Shown: in pieces, positions 18,251-31,351 of the stretch
How the letters are laid out: every line of letters begins with the position of its first letter
How positions within the stretch are numbered: the first letter of the stretch is position 1
Origin: an uncultured delta proteobacterium
Lineage (GTDB): Bacteria; Myxococcota_A; Polyangia; Fen-1088
Reading direction: 5' to 3'
Assembly: GCA_963767925.1 (NCBI GenBank)
Contig: CAVYGB010000001.1
Location: 224,001 to 288,000 of the forward strand
Length of the DNA: 64,000 bases
Notes under the pieces: generated by a model
Database searches by the model: none
What the model was told of the DNA's origin: nothing
Seen by the model: the letters and a program-made list of their open reading frames with translations, nothing else
Translations under genes and position numbers: made by a program

Positions 18251-19471
18251 GTGGGATCAGAGATGCCAGGCCCACGGCGGCAACCAGCGCGGATGTCGGC
18301 GGCGCGACCCACAGCCACCCGGGTCGGTCCGGGCGCTTTGCTGGCCTGGCTGGGCCGGCTGTTTCGCGATCGCCGCTCGCCCGACGCCGGGGCCCCCGAC
18401 GCGGCCGCGGCCTCCGACGCCGCCCCGAGCCCCGACGCGGCCCCGGCCCCGGCCGCCATGTCTGCCGCAGCCAGGCTGGAGGCCTTGCGGTCGGCGCCGA
18501 CCGGCAGCTTCCGCTTCGACGGGCCGCTGCTCGATCGCGACGGGCTGGCTGGCTTCTCGCGGTTCATCGGGTTCGAGCTCACCCTTGTGGCTCCCTTGCC
18601 CGCCGCCGAGGCGGAGGCGCTCGAGGCGCTGGCCGCCCAGGTGCTCGCGCACGCCTCGGCCAACCCGCCGGATCCGGACGCCGCGCCCAGCCTGGCCTCT
18701 CGCATCCTCGAGCGGGCCAGCGATCCGGAGGTCGACGTCCCCCAGCTCACGCGCCTCGTGTCGCAGGACCCGGCCGTGGCGGCGGAGGTGCTCAACGTGG
18801 CCAACTCGGCGGCCATGCGCGGGCGCGAAGAGGCCAAGAACGTGCGCGACGCCATCACCCGCATCGGCCTGCGCGAGGCGGCCCAGATCGCCGCCGCCCT
18901 GGCCGTGCGCACGCTGTTCGACGGGGAACTGCGCGCCAGCCCGGCCAGCCTGCGCAGCCGCCTGGCCTCGCAGTTCAAGGAGGCCATGGTGGTGGCGATG
19001 GGGTCGGCGGCGCTGGCCATGCAGCTCGGCCGCGGGCGCTCCGACTACGCCTTCCTCGGCGGCATGTTCCACGACGTCGGCGGCCCGCTGGCCTTGCGCG
19101 CGCTGGGGGCCCTGCTCCAGGACGGGAAGGTCCCGGCCGAGCCCGCCGAGGTGGTGATCGATCGCCTGCTCGACCGGGTGCACCTGCCGATCGGCCTCGC
19201 CGCCCACCAGGCCTGGAAGCTGCCCAGCTACCTGATCGACCTGTGCGCCCACCACCACGACACCGTCGTGCCCCCCACCCCGGACAACGACAACCTCCTC
19301 ATCGTCCGGGTCGTCTCGGGGCTGCGCCGCCTGCGCCGCGGCCCGGCCGTCCCCCCCTCCCTGCCCGTCGAGATCGAGCAGAGCCTGAAGGTCCTCGGCG
19401 TCGACGCCTTCCGCCTCCGCGCCCTCGACACGCAGCTGAACGAGTTCGCCGAGCGCTTCGGCGTCTCCTAG
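18251..19471 (+). CDS. HDOD domain-containing protein
   Basis: SQDPAVAAEVLNVANSA, AITRIG, AFLGGMFHDVG, AWKLP…HHH; start uncertain. Confidence 0.85.
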   Translation: MGSEMPGPRRQPARMSAARPTATRVGPGALLAWLGRLFRDRRSPDAGAPDAAAASDAAPSPDAAPAPAAMSAAARLEALRSAPTGSFRFDGPLLDRDGLAGFSRFIGFELTLVAPLPAAEAEALEALAAQVLAHASANPPDPDAAPSLASRILERASDPEVDVPQLTRLVSQDPAVAAEVLNVANSAAMRGREEAKNVRDAITRIGLREAAQIAAALAVRTLFDGELRASPASLRSRLASQFKEAMVVAMGSAALAMQLGRGRSDYAFLGGMFHDVGGPLALRALGALLQDGKVPAEPAEVVIDRLLDRVHLPIGLAAHQAWKLPSYLIDLCAHHHDTVVPPTPDNDNLLIVRVVSGLRRLRRGPAVPPSLPVEIEQSLKVLGVDAFRLRALDTQLNEFAERFGVS

Positions 19472-19477
19472 AACGCG

Positions 19478-19659
19478 GGAGGCCCCCCCACCCCCCCTCT
19501 CCCCGCTGCCGCGGGGCGGGGCGAACAACCGCGGAGTTGACTCGCCCATCTCCCGAGCGGGTGCTCATGGCCGGATCGGGCTGAGGTTTCCGCTTCCCTG
19601 GGGGCCGGTCGCCCTCGCCCCGCGGCAGCGGGGAGAGGGTTGGGGTGAGGGGTCTCCGG
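19478..19659. repeat. Composite REP/MITE-like palindromic element, full copy 2
   Basis: Same arms as 8790-8972; internal spacer is partly homologous in the opposite orientation. Confidence 0.8.
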
Positions 19660-19915
19660 CCTGACCGTTCGGCGTCTCCTCGGGCCCGGCCCGCCGATCC
19701 CGTCGTGGATCCGTTCGCGGGCCCCGGCGGCGGCCCACCCGCCGCCGTCGCGGCCGCCCTGGCCCCGCCGGCGGATCCGGAGGGGGCCAGCGCCGCGCCA
19801 TCGACCCGGGCGACTCCCCCGCGCGCGGCAACCCCCGCGCGCCCGTGACCCTCGTCGTCTGGAGCGACCATTCGCAGCATCACCGCCCAGTTCATCTGAA
19901 CGGCGGGTCGCGCGG

Positions 19916-21715
<1,800 letters not shown>

Positions 21716-21898
21716 TTATTCCATGAGCCTGGCTAATCCGGACCCACGCCGGTGCCCACGCGCCCCGCCGCGCCGGCGCCCGGCGCTCCGGGCAGCAGCG
21801 CCCCCCCCCGCCCGCGCCCGGCGCTCCGGGCCACTGCGCGCCCCCGCCCGCCATCTTGCCGCGGGGAGTCGGGGAGGCGGCGAAAATACGGGGCGGCC

Positions 21899-21928
21899 TG
21901 TCGATCCGGCAGCCCCCGATTCGTCGTC
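21899..21928 (+). promoter_or_regulatory. Putative ECF sigma (ECF42-like) promoter
   Basis: TGTCGA-N17-CGTC; same architecture as 43998-44027. Confidence 0.6.
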
Positions 21929-21985
21929 CTCTCGAAGCCGGTCGGAAAGACTGACCGCGACGAAGAGAGCGAGAGGAGACCCCCC

Positions 21986-22570
21986 ATGCGCAAGCTCGTT
22001 GTTTCCGAGTTCATCACCCTCGACGGCGTCATCCAGGCCCCCGGAGGCGAGGACGAAGACCGCGACGGCGGCTTCACCCACGGCGGCTGGACCCAGCCCT
22101 ACTGGCACGACGACATCGGCAAGTCCTTCATGACCCTCATCGCCGACGTCGACGCCTTCCTGCTCGGCCGCCGCACCTACGTCACCCACGCCCAGGCCTT
22201 CGAGCCCATGCCCGCCGGCGACCCCTTCGGCGACGTCATGAACGCCCCCGCCAAATACGTCGTGTCGACGACGCTAGAAAAACCCATCTGGCGCAACACC
22301 ACCATCATCCGCGACAACGTCGTCGAGTCCGTCCGCCGCCTCAAGACCCAGCCCGGCAAGACCATCATCACCGACGGCAGCAGCCAGCTCCTCCACACCC
22401 TCCTCCCCGCCGACCTCGTCGATGAGCTCCACCTCCTCGTCTACCCCCTCGTCCTCGGCACCGGCAAACGCCTTTTCCCCCAGGGCCTCACCAACCGCCT
22501 CACCCTGAAAACCGCCCACCCCTTCCCCACCGGCGTCGTCGCCCTCCACTACACCCGGACGCCCAGGTAA
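21986..22570 (+). CDS. Dihydrofolate reductase / RibD C-terminal family protein
   Basis: MRKLVVSEFITLDGV, LLGRRTY, LVDELHLLVYPLVLGTGKRLF; GAGGAG RBS. Confidence 0.9.
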   Translation: MRKLVVSEFITLDGVIQAPGGEDEDRDGGFTHGGWTQPYWHDDIGKSFMTLIADVDAFLLGRRTYVTHAQAFEPMPAGDPFGDVMNAPAKYVVSTTLEKPIWRNTTIIRDNVVESVRRLKTQPGKTIITDGSSQLLHTLLPADLVDELHLLVYPLVLGTGKRLFPQGLTNRLTLKTAHPFPTGVVALHYTRTPR

Positions 22571-22630
22571 CGCCGATGGCAGGGTCCGGACGGAGTCTTC
22601 CCCCAGATCTCCGCCCCCCCGCTGCCCATT

Positions 22631-22673
22631 CGCCCTCGCCCCGCGCAGCGGGGAGAATGGTGAGGGGCCTCCG
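22631..22673. repeat. Single arm of the REP-like repeat
   Basis: CGCCCTCGCCCCGCGCAGCGGGGAGAATGGTGAGGGGCCTCCG. Confidence 0.7.
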
Positions 22674-22729
22674 CCGCAACCGCTGGGTGCCTACCCAGCC
22701 TTGTCCCCCCAGGGTAGTGTGGCTGCTCC

Positions 22730-22960
22730 ATGTTCGAGATCGTCGGTGCTCTTCAGGGCGTGGAGCAGATCGCGATCGGGAGAGGCATTCGAGAGCTTCG
22801 GCGTTTGAAGAAAGCGTACGGAGCGGGCCGATGGCGGAAGATGAAGGGCATTGCTAAACTACGGCTCCAAGATGGCAGCGTCCGGACGGCCGAGATCCAC
22901 TGGTACGAAGCGCATGGCGTCGGCCGCAAGGAGCTCAAGATCAAGCGCTTCGTCCCGTAG
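22730..22960 (+). CDS. Small basic conserved hypothetical protein (putative TA-like component)
   Basis: 76 aa; GRWRKMKG…AEIHWYEAHGVG. Confidence 0.75.
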   Translation: MFEIVGALQGVEQIAIGRGIRELRRLKKAYGAGRWRKMKGIAKLRLQDGSVRTAEIHWYEAHGVGRKELKIKRFVP

Positions 22961-23189
22961 ATCTGCCCGACGAAAGATCCGGTACGTCGTGTGTGTATCG
23001 AATGAAGGTTTCCAGGTATCCCTGGAGCTGCGGAAGATCTACGAGAGAACGCCGGACGTCGAGGCCGAGAAGGTAGGCTTCGTTCGTGTGGTCGATGAGT
23101 CCGGCGGGGATTATCTGTTTCCACGCGCCATGTTCGTGGACATCGACGTTCCCGCGTCTCTAGCCCGCGCCCTGTCCGCGGCCGCCTAG
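22914..23189 (+). CDS. Small conserved hypothetical protein, partner of 22730-22960
   Basis: YVVCVSNEG…SLELRKIY…RVVDESGGDYLFP; overlaps the upstream gene; start uncertain. Confidence 0.65.
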   Translation: MASAARSSRSSASSRRSARRKIRYVVCVSNEGFQVSLELRKIYERTPDVEAEKVGFVRVVDESGGDYLFPRAMFVDIDVPASLARALSAAA

Positions 23190-23563
23190 GCAGGCCCGTC
23201 CCCCCAGAACACGAGGAGGTTCCCGTCGAGGTCCTCCACCTCGAACTGGAGTGTGTTCTTCTGCCAGACCACCTCGAAGGGCGGGCGCACGACCTTCGCT
23301 CCGCGCCCCGCGAGCTCCCGATGCAGCTCGAGCAGCTTGTCGATCGACAGGGTGAGGACCGACAGCCCAGCCGGCTTCGGCACCACGCTCTCCGAATCCA
23401 GGATCACGCTCAGGTCGCCGCGCTCGACCTCCGCGATGATCGGCCTGTCCGCCCCACCGTGGTCCCAGCGCTTCGTACAGCCCAGCTTCTCGCAGTAATA
23501 CGCCACGCTCGCCGCGACATCGCGAACCCGGAACACCGGCCGAATGAAGTACTTGTCATTCAT
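23186..23563 (-). CDS. VOC/glyoxalase family protein
   Basis: RPVFRVRDVAASVAYY…FEVEDLDGNLLVF; own ATG 23563. Confidence 0.85.
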   Translation of the reverse strand: MNDKYFIRPVFRVRDVAASVAYYCEKLGCTKRWDHGGADRPIIAEVERGDLSVILDSESVVPKPAGLSVLTLSIDKLLELHRELAGRGAKVVRPPFEVVWQKNTLQFEVEDLDGNLLVFWGDGPA

Positions 23564-23603
23564 CGTGCTGGACCCCGTGCTGCCTGATCGTGGCCGTACG
23601 CTA

Positions 23604-26600
23604 TCACCCGCCCACCCACCGTCGCCAGATCTCCGCGGAAGCGTCCCCGGGGATGGGGGACTGGACGGTCTCGAGGTTTCCGGCTTCGTCGTAGGTGTTC
23701 GTGCTGGTGTGGCCGAGGGGATTGTTGTGGTCAGACGGCGGCTGAAGGGGCCGTAGGTGTGGGTTGTGGTCTTGGCGTCGGAGTCTGTCTCGGTCAGGGC
23801 GTTGTTCTTGGCGTCGTAGGTCCAGCTTCGGGTGCGGTTGGTGGGGTCGGTTTCGGTGAGCTGGTTGCCGTTGGCGTCGTAGGTGCGCGTGGTGATGGCG
23901 CCTTCCTGGTCGGTCTCCTTCGTGACGAAGCCCTGGGCGTTGTACTCGAGGATGCGGGTGTTGCCGAGGCGGTCGGTGATGGTTTGGCGGCGGTTCGGGA
24001 TGTCGTAGCCGAAGTTGGTGGGCCTCCCCAGGGAGTCGGTGCTGGAGAGCAGGCGGCCGGCGGCGTCGTAGTCGTTGCGGATGGCACGGATGCCGCGGGG
24101 GTCGATGATGTCGCGGAGGTGGTGGATGCGGGTGGGGGTGTAGTAGGTGAAGCGGGTCTGGGCGCCGCCGCGGTCGGTGACTTTGGCGAGGTTGCCGTCG
24201 AGGTCGTAGCTGTATTGCAGGAATTTTCCGGCGGGGTCGGTGATGCGGGTGATGCGGCCCTGGGGGTCGCGGTCGAAGGCGATGGACCGGCCGGAGGAGT
24301 GCAGGATGCCCTGGCTGCCGAAGATGACGCTGTTGCCGTTGAGGTCCTTGATCTGCTGGAAGCCGGCGAACTGGTCGAAGTAGAGCTCCCGGCCGTCGGC
24401 GAGGGTCAGGATGTAGGCGCGCGGGTCGAGGACGGCGCCGTTCTCGTCGAGGACCTCGTCCTGGACCCACAGCAGCTCGTTGTTGCCCTGGACCTCCAGG
24501 GTGGACGTGGTGCCGGGCAGGGGCTGGAAGTCCAGGGTCACGAAGTCCGGGGGCTGGAAGGCGTCGCAGTTGTCGGCGAGGTGGGCCTCGAAGCGGTGGG
24601 TGTCGCCGTCTGGGGTCACCACCATGACCACGTTCCTCCGGGCGGGGACGATGCAGAAGGTGGGGACGGTCCCGCCGCTGGACTCCACCCGGAAGCCCTC
24701 GCCGATCTTGTCGCTCTCGAAGACCCGGACGCGGTTGATGTCGAGGGTCCAGCCGAAGCCGAAGTCACCCTTGCGGGTGTCGCGGCTGTCGTAAGAACGG
24801 AGGACCTGGATGGCGATGCCCGAGAGGGGGACGTTCAGGTCCTCGAAGGTGAGGGCCACGTGGCCCAGCTTCATCTGGTCCTTGACCATCAGCTTGATGG
24901 ACGCCTCGGCCTGGCGACCGGCGCTGTCGATGGCGACGAGGCGCAGCTCGTGCATGCCGTTCATCATCAGGGTCGGGTCGAGGCTGGCCAGCACGCCGTC
25001 GGTCACCGGGGTCTCGCCGGTCGCCAGGGGCGAGAACTCCCCTGCGTCGCCGACCTCGCGGATCTCCAGCCGCCAGGCCAGGGGGCCCTCGCCGGCGACC
25101 GAGCCGACGACCGACACCGGCTCGGTGACCTCGGCGAGGTGCAGGGGGCTGGTGAACGAGACGGTGGGCGGGTCGGCGGGTGCTTCTCCCGGCTGGACCA
25201 CGACGGTGACCTGGTCGAAGGCAGACAGCACGCTGTCGTGGGCCGCGAGGGTCAACATGTAGGTGCCCGGGGCGGCGAAGGTCACGGTGGTGCTGGCGGC
25301 GAAGCGGTCTCCGAACTGGACCGGGGCGGGGCCGGACATCTGGGCCCAGCTGCTGATCAACGGGACGCCGATCGGGCGGCCGTCGTCGGTGGCCGAGCCG
25401 GCCAGGGTCACGGTGCGGCTGGGCAGCGCGGTCACGAGGTCGGGCCCGGCGCTGACGACGGGAGCCTGGTTCGAGAGGGCGTTCAGGGTCACGACCACGG
25501 TGTCGCTGCCCAGGAGCGCGCCGTCCCAGCCCTGGAGGGCGAAGACGTAGGGACCGGCGGTGGGCCCGACGGTCACCGAGGTCGTCATGTCGCCGGGCTG
25601 GTCGATCCGGGCGGGCGCGGGCCCGGAGACCTGCACCCACTGCGTGGTCACGAGCGAGCCGGGCGGCCGGCCGTCGTCGGAGACGGTGCCCGACAGGGCG
25701 GCTGACACGGCGGGCTCGATCAGGGTCACGTCGGGACCGGCGTTGACCGAGGGCGGGCTGTTGCCCTGCACGACCTTCACGGCTACCTCGGCGAACGAGG
25801 TGCGCTCGGAGTCGCTCGCGGTCAGCCGCACGACGTAGTCGCCGAGCGCGCTGAAGGTGGCCGGGGTGCTCGGGGCGTTGGGGCTGGCGAAGGCGACGCT
25901 GGCGGGGCCGCTGACCGTGGTCCAGGAGATCGAGAGCGCGCCCCACGTCGGCAGGCCGTCATCGGTGACCACACCGGCGAGCTGCATGGTCCCGGGCGAG
26001 ACCACGATGACCCCCGAGCTGTTGGCGGCCATCACGTTCGGCGGTTGATTCGCCGTCTGGGGGTGGACGTCGACGACCAGGGTGGCAGCCGTCTGGTACT
26101 GGGAATCGCTGGCCAGCAGCTCCAGCACGTAAGAGCCGGGCAAGGGGAAGCTGGCGGTCGTGCTCGCCGCGGTGCTGTCCGCGAACGTGGCGGTCGTGGG
26201 ACCCGTGAGCTGGCGCCAGGTCGTGCGCACGACAGCGCCGGCGGGCAAGCCGTCGTCTTCGACGGTCCCTGGCAGCATCACGGCCGTCGCCGGGTGCGGC
26301 ACGCTAAGGTTCGGTCCGACCGACACGGCTGGCGCGACATTGCGGGTGGAGGCGGCGTGGAGCACGAGGGTCCCCGTCGCGCTGCCGGCCAGCTGCGAGT
26401 CGTTGGCGCTGAGGCGCACGACGTAGGTGCCCGGGACCTGCGGCAGGGTCAGGTGCGTGGCGGCCGCGTTCGGCGCGCCGAAGGCGGCTCCTGGAGGGCC
26501 GCTGAGCAGCTCCCACTGGTAGGACAGCGCCGCCCCGGCGGGGAGCCCGTCGTCGGTCACGGAGCCAATCAGCGTCACAGCACGCTCGGGTAAGGTCAGC

Positions 26601-29600
26601 TCCAGGTCCGACGGTACGACGACCACGGGCGGAGCGTTGGCCGGCGGCGCGGGGCTGTCCACGGCGACCGCGACGTCGGCGCTGGCCGCCAGCTGCCCGT
26701 CGCTCGCGGTCAGCCGCACCACGTAGCTTCCCGCGGCGTCGAACGTCGCCGCGGTCACCGGATCGGTCGCGTCTGCGAAGGCGACGTTGCCGGGGCCGCT
26801 CACCTGCGTCCAGGTGGCCGCCACGGTCCCCCCGACCGGGAGGCCGTCGTCGGACACCACGGCCGACAGACCGATGGGCACGCCCACCGGACCGGTCACC
26901 GGCGTGCTCACCATGAGGACCGGCGGCCGGTTACCCCCGACGACGGTCAACGTCATGTCGTCCGATCGCTGGTGCTGGTTGTCGCTGGCGGTCAGTCGCA
27001 GGACGTAGACCCCCGGGGCCGTGATGGTCAGGTCGGTGGCCTCGGCGTTCGGCGTGGCAAAAGTGACGCCGCCGGGGCCGCTGACCTTGCTCCACGCCAT
27101 CGCGAGGTTCCTGGACAGGGGGCTGACGTCGTCGCAGGCAAAGCCGGTCACTCGAAGGCGGTCGGTGAGCGCCACGGTGCGGTCGGGGCCTGCGCCGACC
27201 TCCGGGATGGCGTTCGGCGCGGGAGGCGGGTCGAGGACGGTGTCCTCGGCGGCCAGGTCCAGGTCGTGAATCTCCGGGCTCACGCCCTGGCTCGACCGTG
27301 TCACGGCGACCGCCACGCGTACGAAGCCGGCAAAGGGGAGGTCGAAGGTCGCGGCCTGGCCGTTGCCGGCGGAGTGGCCCCTGAACTGGTTGACGCCGTC
27401 GTAGCTCCTGTCGACCCTGACTCCGATCTTGCCGTCGCCGCAGACGCGCCCTTGCCAGGCGACCTTGATGCTGAACCCGCCGAGGCCCGTGCGAAGGAAG
27501 GACCAGGCCCCCGTCGACGGCGCGCCCCGCAGGGTGCTGCCGGTCATGTCGGCGCGGCTGTCGAGGGTGCCGCCCAGGTCCTGCGAGGTGAAGTCGACCT
27601 GCCCAACCGGGGTCACGCCATCGGTGCCCACCGGGCCGGCGCTGGGGTCGATGCGTGAGACGGTGCGGGTATGGTGGTTGGCCGTCCAGATCCGCCCCTT
27701 ACCGTCGACCGACACGCCGGTGGGGCCGGTGTTGGCGGCGAACGCGCCCGCGTAGCTACCGGGGATCTCGACGATGCCCAGCAAGTTGCCGTCCAGGTCG
27801 AGGCGGCCAACGGTCCGGCTGCCGAACCTGGTGGTTCCCGAGTCCGGCCAGCGCGAGTGCGCGACCCACACGTGTCCGCCGGGCGTTGCGACGCAGCCTT
27901 CGGCGTAGCTCGAGCCGTGGGGAAAGGTGCCCAGCAGGTCGCCCGCTGGCGAGATCTTGCGGATCTCGCTGTCCGGTGAGGAGAGCTGGCTGGTGTTCCA
28001 GACGTTTCCTGCCGGGTCCAGGCACAGGGCGTAGCTGTCGTGCTCGAAACCCCGCCAGTTCCCGCCGTTGGGACCCGAGAGGGGCCGGGCCGGATCCCTT
28101 GTCCACGTGCTCCAGGTTGACCAGGGTCTCGCTGGGCGCAGGTGCGCCAGGGGGTTGACTGGTCCCGCCGCCGCCATTCGGCGGGTTGGCCGAAACCTCG
28201 GTGTCGTCGCTGACAGAGAACTGACCGTCATTTGCAGTCAGGCGCAGCCAGTAGTTTCCCGCTTTGGGGAAAAGGGCCTCCGCATTGGGAAGCCTGGGAT
28301 CAGCAAAAGTCACCGGCGCCGGGCCGCTGAGCACGGTCCACATTACGCTCAGCTGCCTGTCGTACGGACGTCGGTCGTCGTGGACGGTGCCATTCAGACG
28401 TGCCGGACTGCCCAGGGTAGCCCGATGGAGGATGGGGCCGGCGTCGACGAACGGCGCTGCGTTTGGCGGGTTGGCGACGACCGTGACACCTATCCAGTCC
28501 GCCGTGGCAAACTGACCATCAGAAGCACGCACTTGAAGCTCGTACTTCCCAAGCGCCGTGAAGACGACGTCGGTCCGGAGCGCGGTGGGCGCCGTGAAGG
28601 TGACAGGGGCGGGGCCGTCGTGAAGGCTCCAGGCGATCTCGACTGGACCGCCGGCCGGCAGGCCGTCGTCGGTGTAGATCGCCTTCAGGTCGAGGGGGCG
28701 CCCGGTTTCCCACAGGAGGTCCGGCTCGATCGCGACCGTGGGCGGAGTGTTGGGGTTCTTCGGGACGACGGAGAGAGTGACTTCCTCGGAATCGGTAAAC
28801 TGCCCGTCGCTGACGTTCAGGCGAACCACGTAGTTTCCCGGGGTATCGATCTGAAACTGGAAGTACCCGTTGGTGCTGAAAGTCCCAATGGGCTTCGGTC
28901 CCGAAACAAAGGTCGCGCTATATGAAAGGAAGGCGCTGGGACGGCCATCGTCCCGGGCGAGGCACGCCACATACGGCTCAATTACGGACGTCACCATTTC
29001 GGTGACCGGGGGCGTGTCGCAGACAATTGTGGGAGGACTATTCGGGTTCGCGTCGACGGTCACGCGGACGTCGTCTTGCCCAGTGAGGTGTCCATCGCTC
29101 ACGGCCAGTCTGAGCGTGTAGATTCCGGGCGCCGAGAAGCTAGCCTTCGTGAGCCGAGCGTGCGAGTCGGTGAAGGCCACCAAGCCCGGCCCGTCGACAA
29201 GCGTCCAGGAGCTCTGAAGGTGACCGGGAACCGGAAGTCCGTCGTCCGCCAGCCTCGCCTCGAAGGTCGCCGTTGCGGAGATGGCGATATTGATGTCGGG
29301 TCCGACGTCGACGGATGGTGGCCGGTTGGCGCTAGGCAGTGTCGCCAGGTTGTTGTACTCGTTGACCTCGGTAAGCTCGCCGACCAAGCCGCCCTTGTCG
29401 TCGACGGAAGCCCACAGATCGGCAAATGACTGACCGAAGGCCACGGCGATGTTGCGATGCTGGCCGGGCGCGAACCCGTCGGGCAACGGGACGGTGACCA
29501 GCAACGTCCCGCCAAACCCGGGTTGTCCATCGTAGAGGGAGAGCGACAGCCCCGCTTTGGCGGCGTCGGCTCCGCGATTCCCGACGCGAACGGTGGCGGT

Positions 29601-30290
29601 GCTGCCAGACGCCCCCAGCAGGGACGCGACCAGATCGGGACGCGACCACTTGCATGTGCCCGCGATCTCCCGGTTCAGACGATAGGTGTTTCCTGCTTCC
29701 CATGACCGAACTTCATTGGCCGGGATGGTGCCGTCGTCGTTAACGTTGGTGATGTGGTAGCTGTGCTGGTTCCAGATCGGGCGTGCCGAGACCCACGCAT
29801 CACCCCTGCTTCCGAATACGCGGATGCCGGTCCGGGGTGGCTGCAGCAGGTCCTTGTTGGCGGCGACGACGATCTCAGTGTGGCCGTCCGCGTCGACGTC
29901 CGCGACGACGGGATATTCGAAGAAGGTTCCGCTCGGGTTGATGTGCGTAGAGAGTACCTCGCCGGTAGCGCCTTCGTAGATTCGCAGATGGCGCTCGTCT
30001 GCGTAGACAATCTGGGTCTTTCCGGAGCCGAGGAAGTCGAACATCGTCGATCCGGTCACGCCGGAGCTGCCGTCGACGGTGTCGGCGCTCCAGAGCAGCG
30101 ATCCGTCTCCGCGCAGCACCAGGTATTTGCTTCGGGTGGCGATACCGATCTCAGGCGTCCCGTCGCCGTCCACGTCTCCGATGGTTGGCGGGCCGCCGAG
30201 CGGGGGGCCAATAGTCCCCGGCTGGTTCGGCGGCAAGTCTCTCGACCAGGTCAGCGTTCCGTCATGCTCCTTGAATTTGATAACCGTTGT
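23604..30290 (-). pseudogene. Truncated giant FG-GAP/VCBS + PKD(Ig-like) repeat + YD/Rhs-repeat protein
   Basis: DVDGDG repeats, then many N-x-P-P-x-V-x-AGPD…DDG-x-P…W-x-x-x-SGP…GxY-x-LxLTASD repeats, then YD repeats. Frame changes occur near 28085 and 23715. It has no start or signal peptide and no Rhs core end. Confidence 0.8.
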
Positions 30291-30606
30291 CGCTCACCTC
30301 GCGACCATGCAAGACCGGAGTGCATTCTCCGGCACCAGCGGCGAATCAGGGCGCCCCTCCGTGGATCCGTCACCCCCGACCAGGGCGCCTGGAGACCTGC
30401 GGTGCGGCCTTCGACGTCGAGACTCGTCCGGCGTGCGCTCGTGGTTTCACTGCCGCTGCGAGCCCGAGGGCCCGGTCTCCATCGACGACCTCCGCCTCGA
30501 CGGGCGATGCTCATCTCTTCCGGCGGATACGCGTCCTGGTAGTATCCCCGTCCGCTGCGGGCGCTGAAGCCCTGAGCGGTCTGCGGACACAGGGGGGACA
30601 CATGCC

Positions 30607-31071
30607 ATGCGAATCTGGATTGCTTTGGTGGTGGCGTTGTTTGGAGCGGCGGGGTGTGTTCCCCGGGTCGAGGCGAGGCGGGGGCCGATGACGACGGAGG
30701 CCGGGGTGGGCGTCGCGACGCTGGAGCAGGTTCTGGCGGCTTTCAATGCCCACGACCTCGATGCGATCATGCGGTTCTTCGCCGAGGACTGCGAATTGCT
30801 CATGCCCAGGGGCAAGGATCCCTGGGGCACGCGCTATGTGGGCAAGGCTGCCGTGCGCGAGGGGCTGGCGACGCGCTTTTCGGGGGTGCCCGACGTGCAC
30901 TACGGCGAGGACCGCCACTGGGTGGCCGGCGACCTCGGGGTCTCGACGTGGCTTCTCACGGGTACCACCCGATCTGGCGACAAGCTTCGCGTCCGCGGCG
31001 TCGATCTCCTCGAGTTTCGGGGGGGCAAGATCGTGAAGAAGGACTCCTACTGGAAGATCGTGGAGCCCTGA
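30607..31071 (+). CDS. SnoaL-like / NTF2 family protein
   Basis: AFNAHDLDAIM…PDVHY…KKDSYWKIV. Confidence 0.85.
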   Translation: MRIWIALVVALFGAAGCVPRVEARRGPMTTEAGVGVATLEQVLAAFNAHDLDAIMRFFAEDCELLMPRGKDPWGTRYVGKAAVREGLATRFSGVPDVHYGEDRHWVAGDLGVSTWLLTGTTRSGDKLRVRGVDLLEFRGGKIVKKDSYWKIVEP

Positions 31072-31351
31072 AGACGCGGGCGAGGAACCACCGCCTCGGT
31101 GGGGGCGGGGTGCTGGCGGGCGCGGTGGTGGGGGCGGCGCTTCGTTCCTTGCCGGTTCTTCATGATCAGATCCTTTCGTTCGTGTCCCGGACCGTCGTCC
31201 GGCTGGATCGGTCGCAAGGGGCGGGCCGCGGGCAGGGCGCCAAACCCTTCATTCGGTGCCGGCCGGCCTGCCCGGTTCGGCGCGGCGCTCGAGGTTCGTC
31301 GAATCGGGTCGCCGCCCCCAGCAACGCGTGCGCCTGCCGGCTGACGATCGG

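Noticed and set aside
15421..19584. Long alternative-frame ORFs (e.g. 1387 aa here, 999 aa at 9739, 936 aa at 57049)
   Set aside because: Arg/Pro/Gly-rich or antisense shadows of real genes, as expected in high-GC DNA
23186..28231. 1681-aa ORF suggesting an Rhs protein with a C-terminal glyoxalase toxin domain
   Set aside because: YD repeats continue in another frame after ~23715 and stop at 23604. The VOC gene has its own ATG at 23563, so the fusion is a chance read-through.
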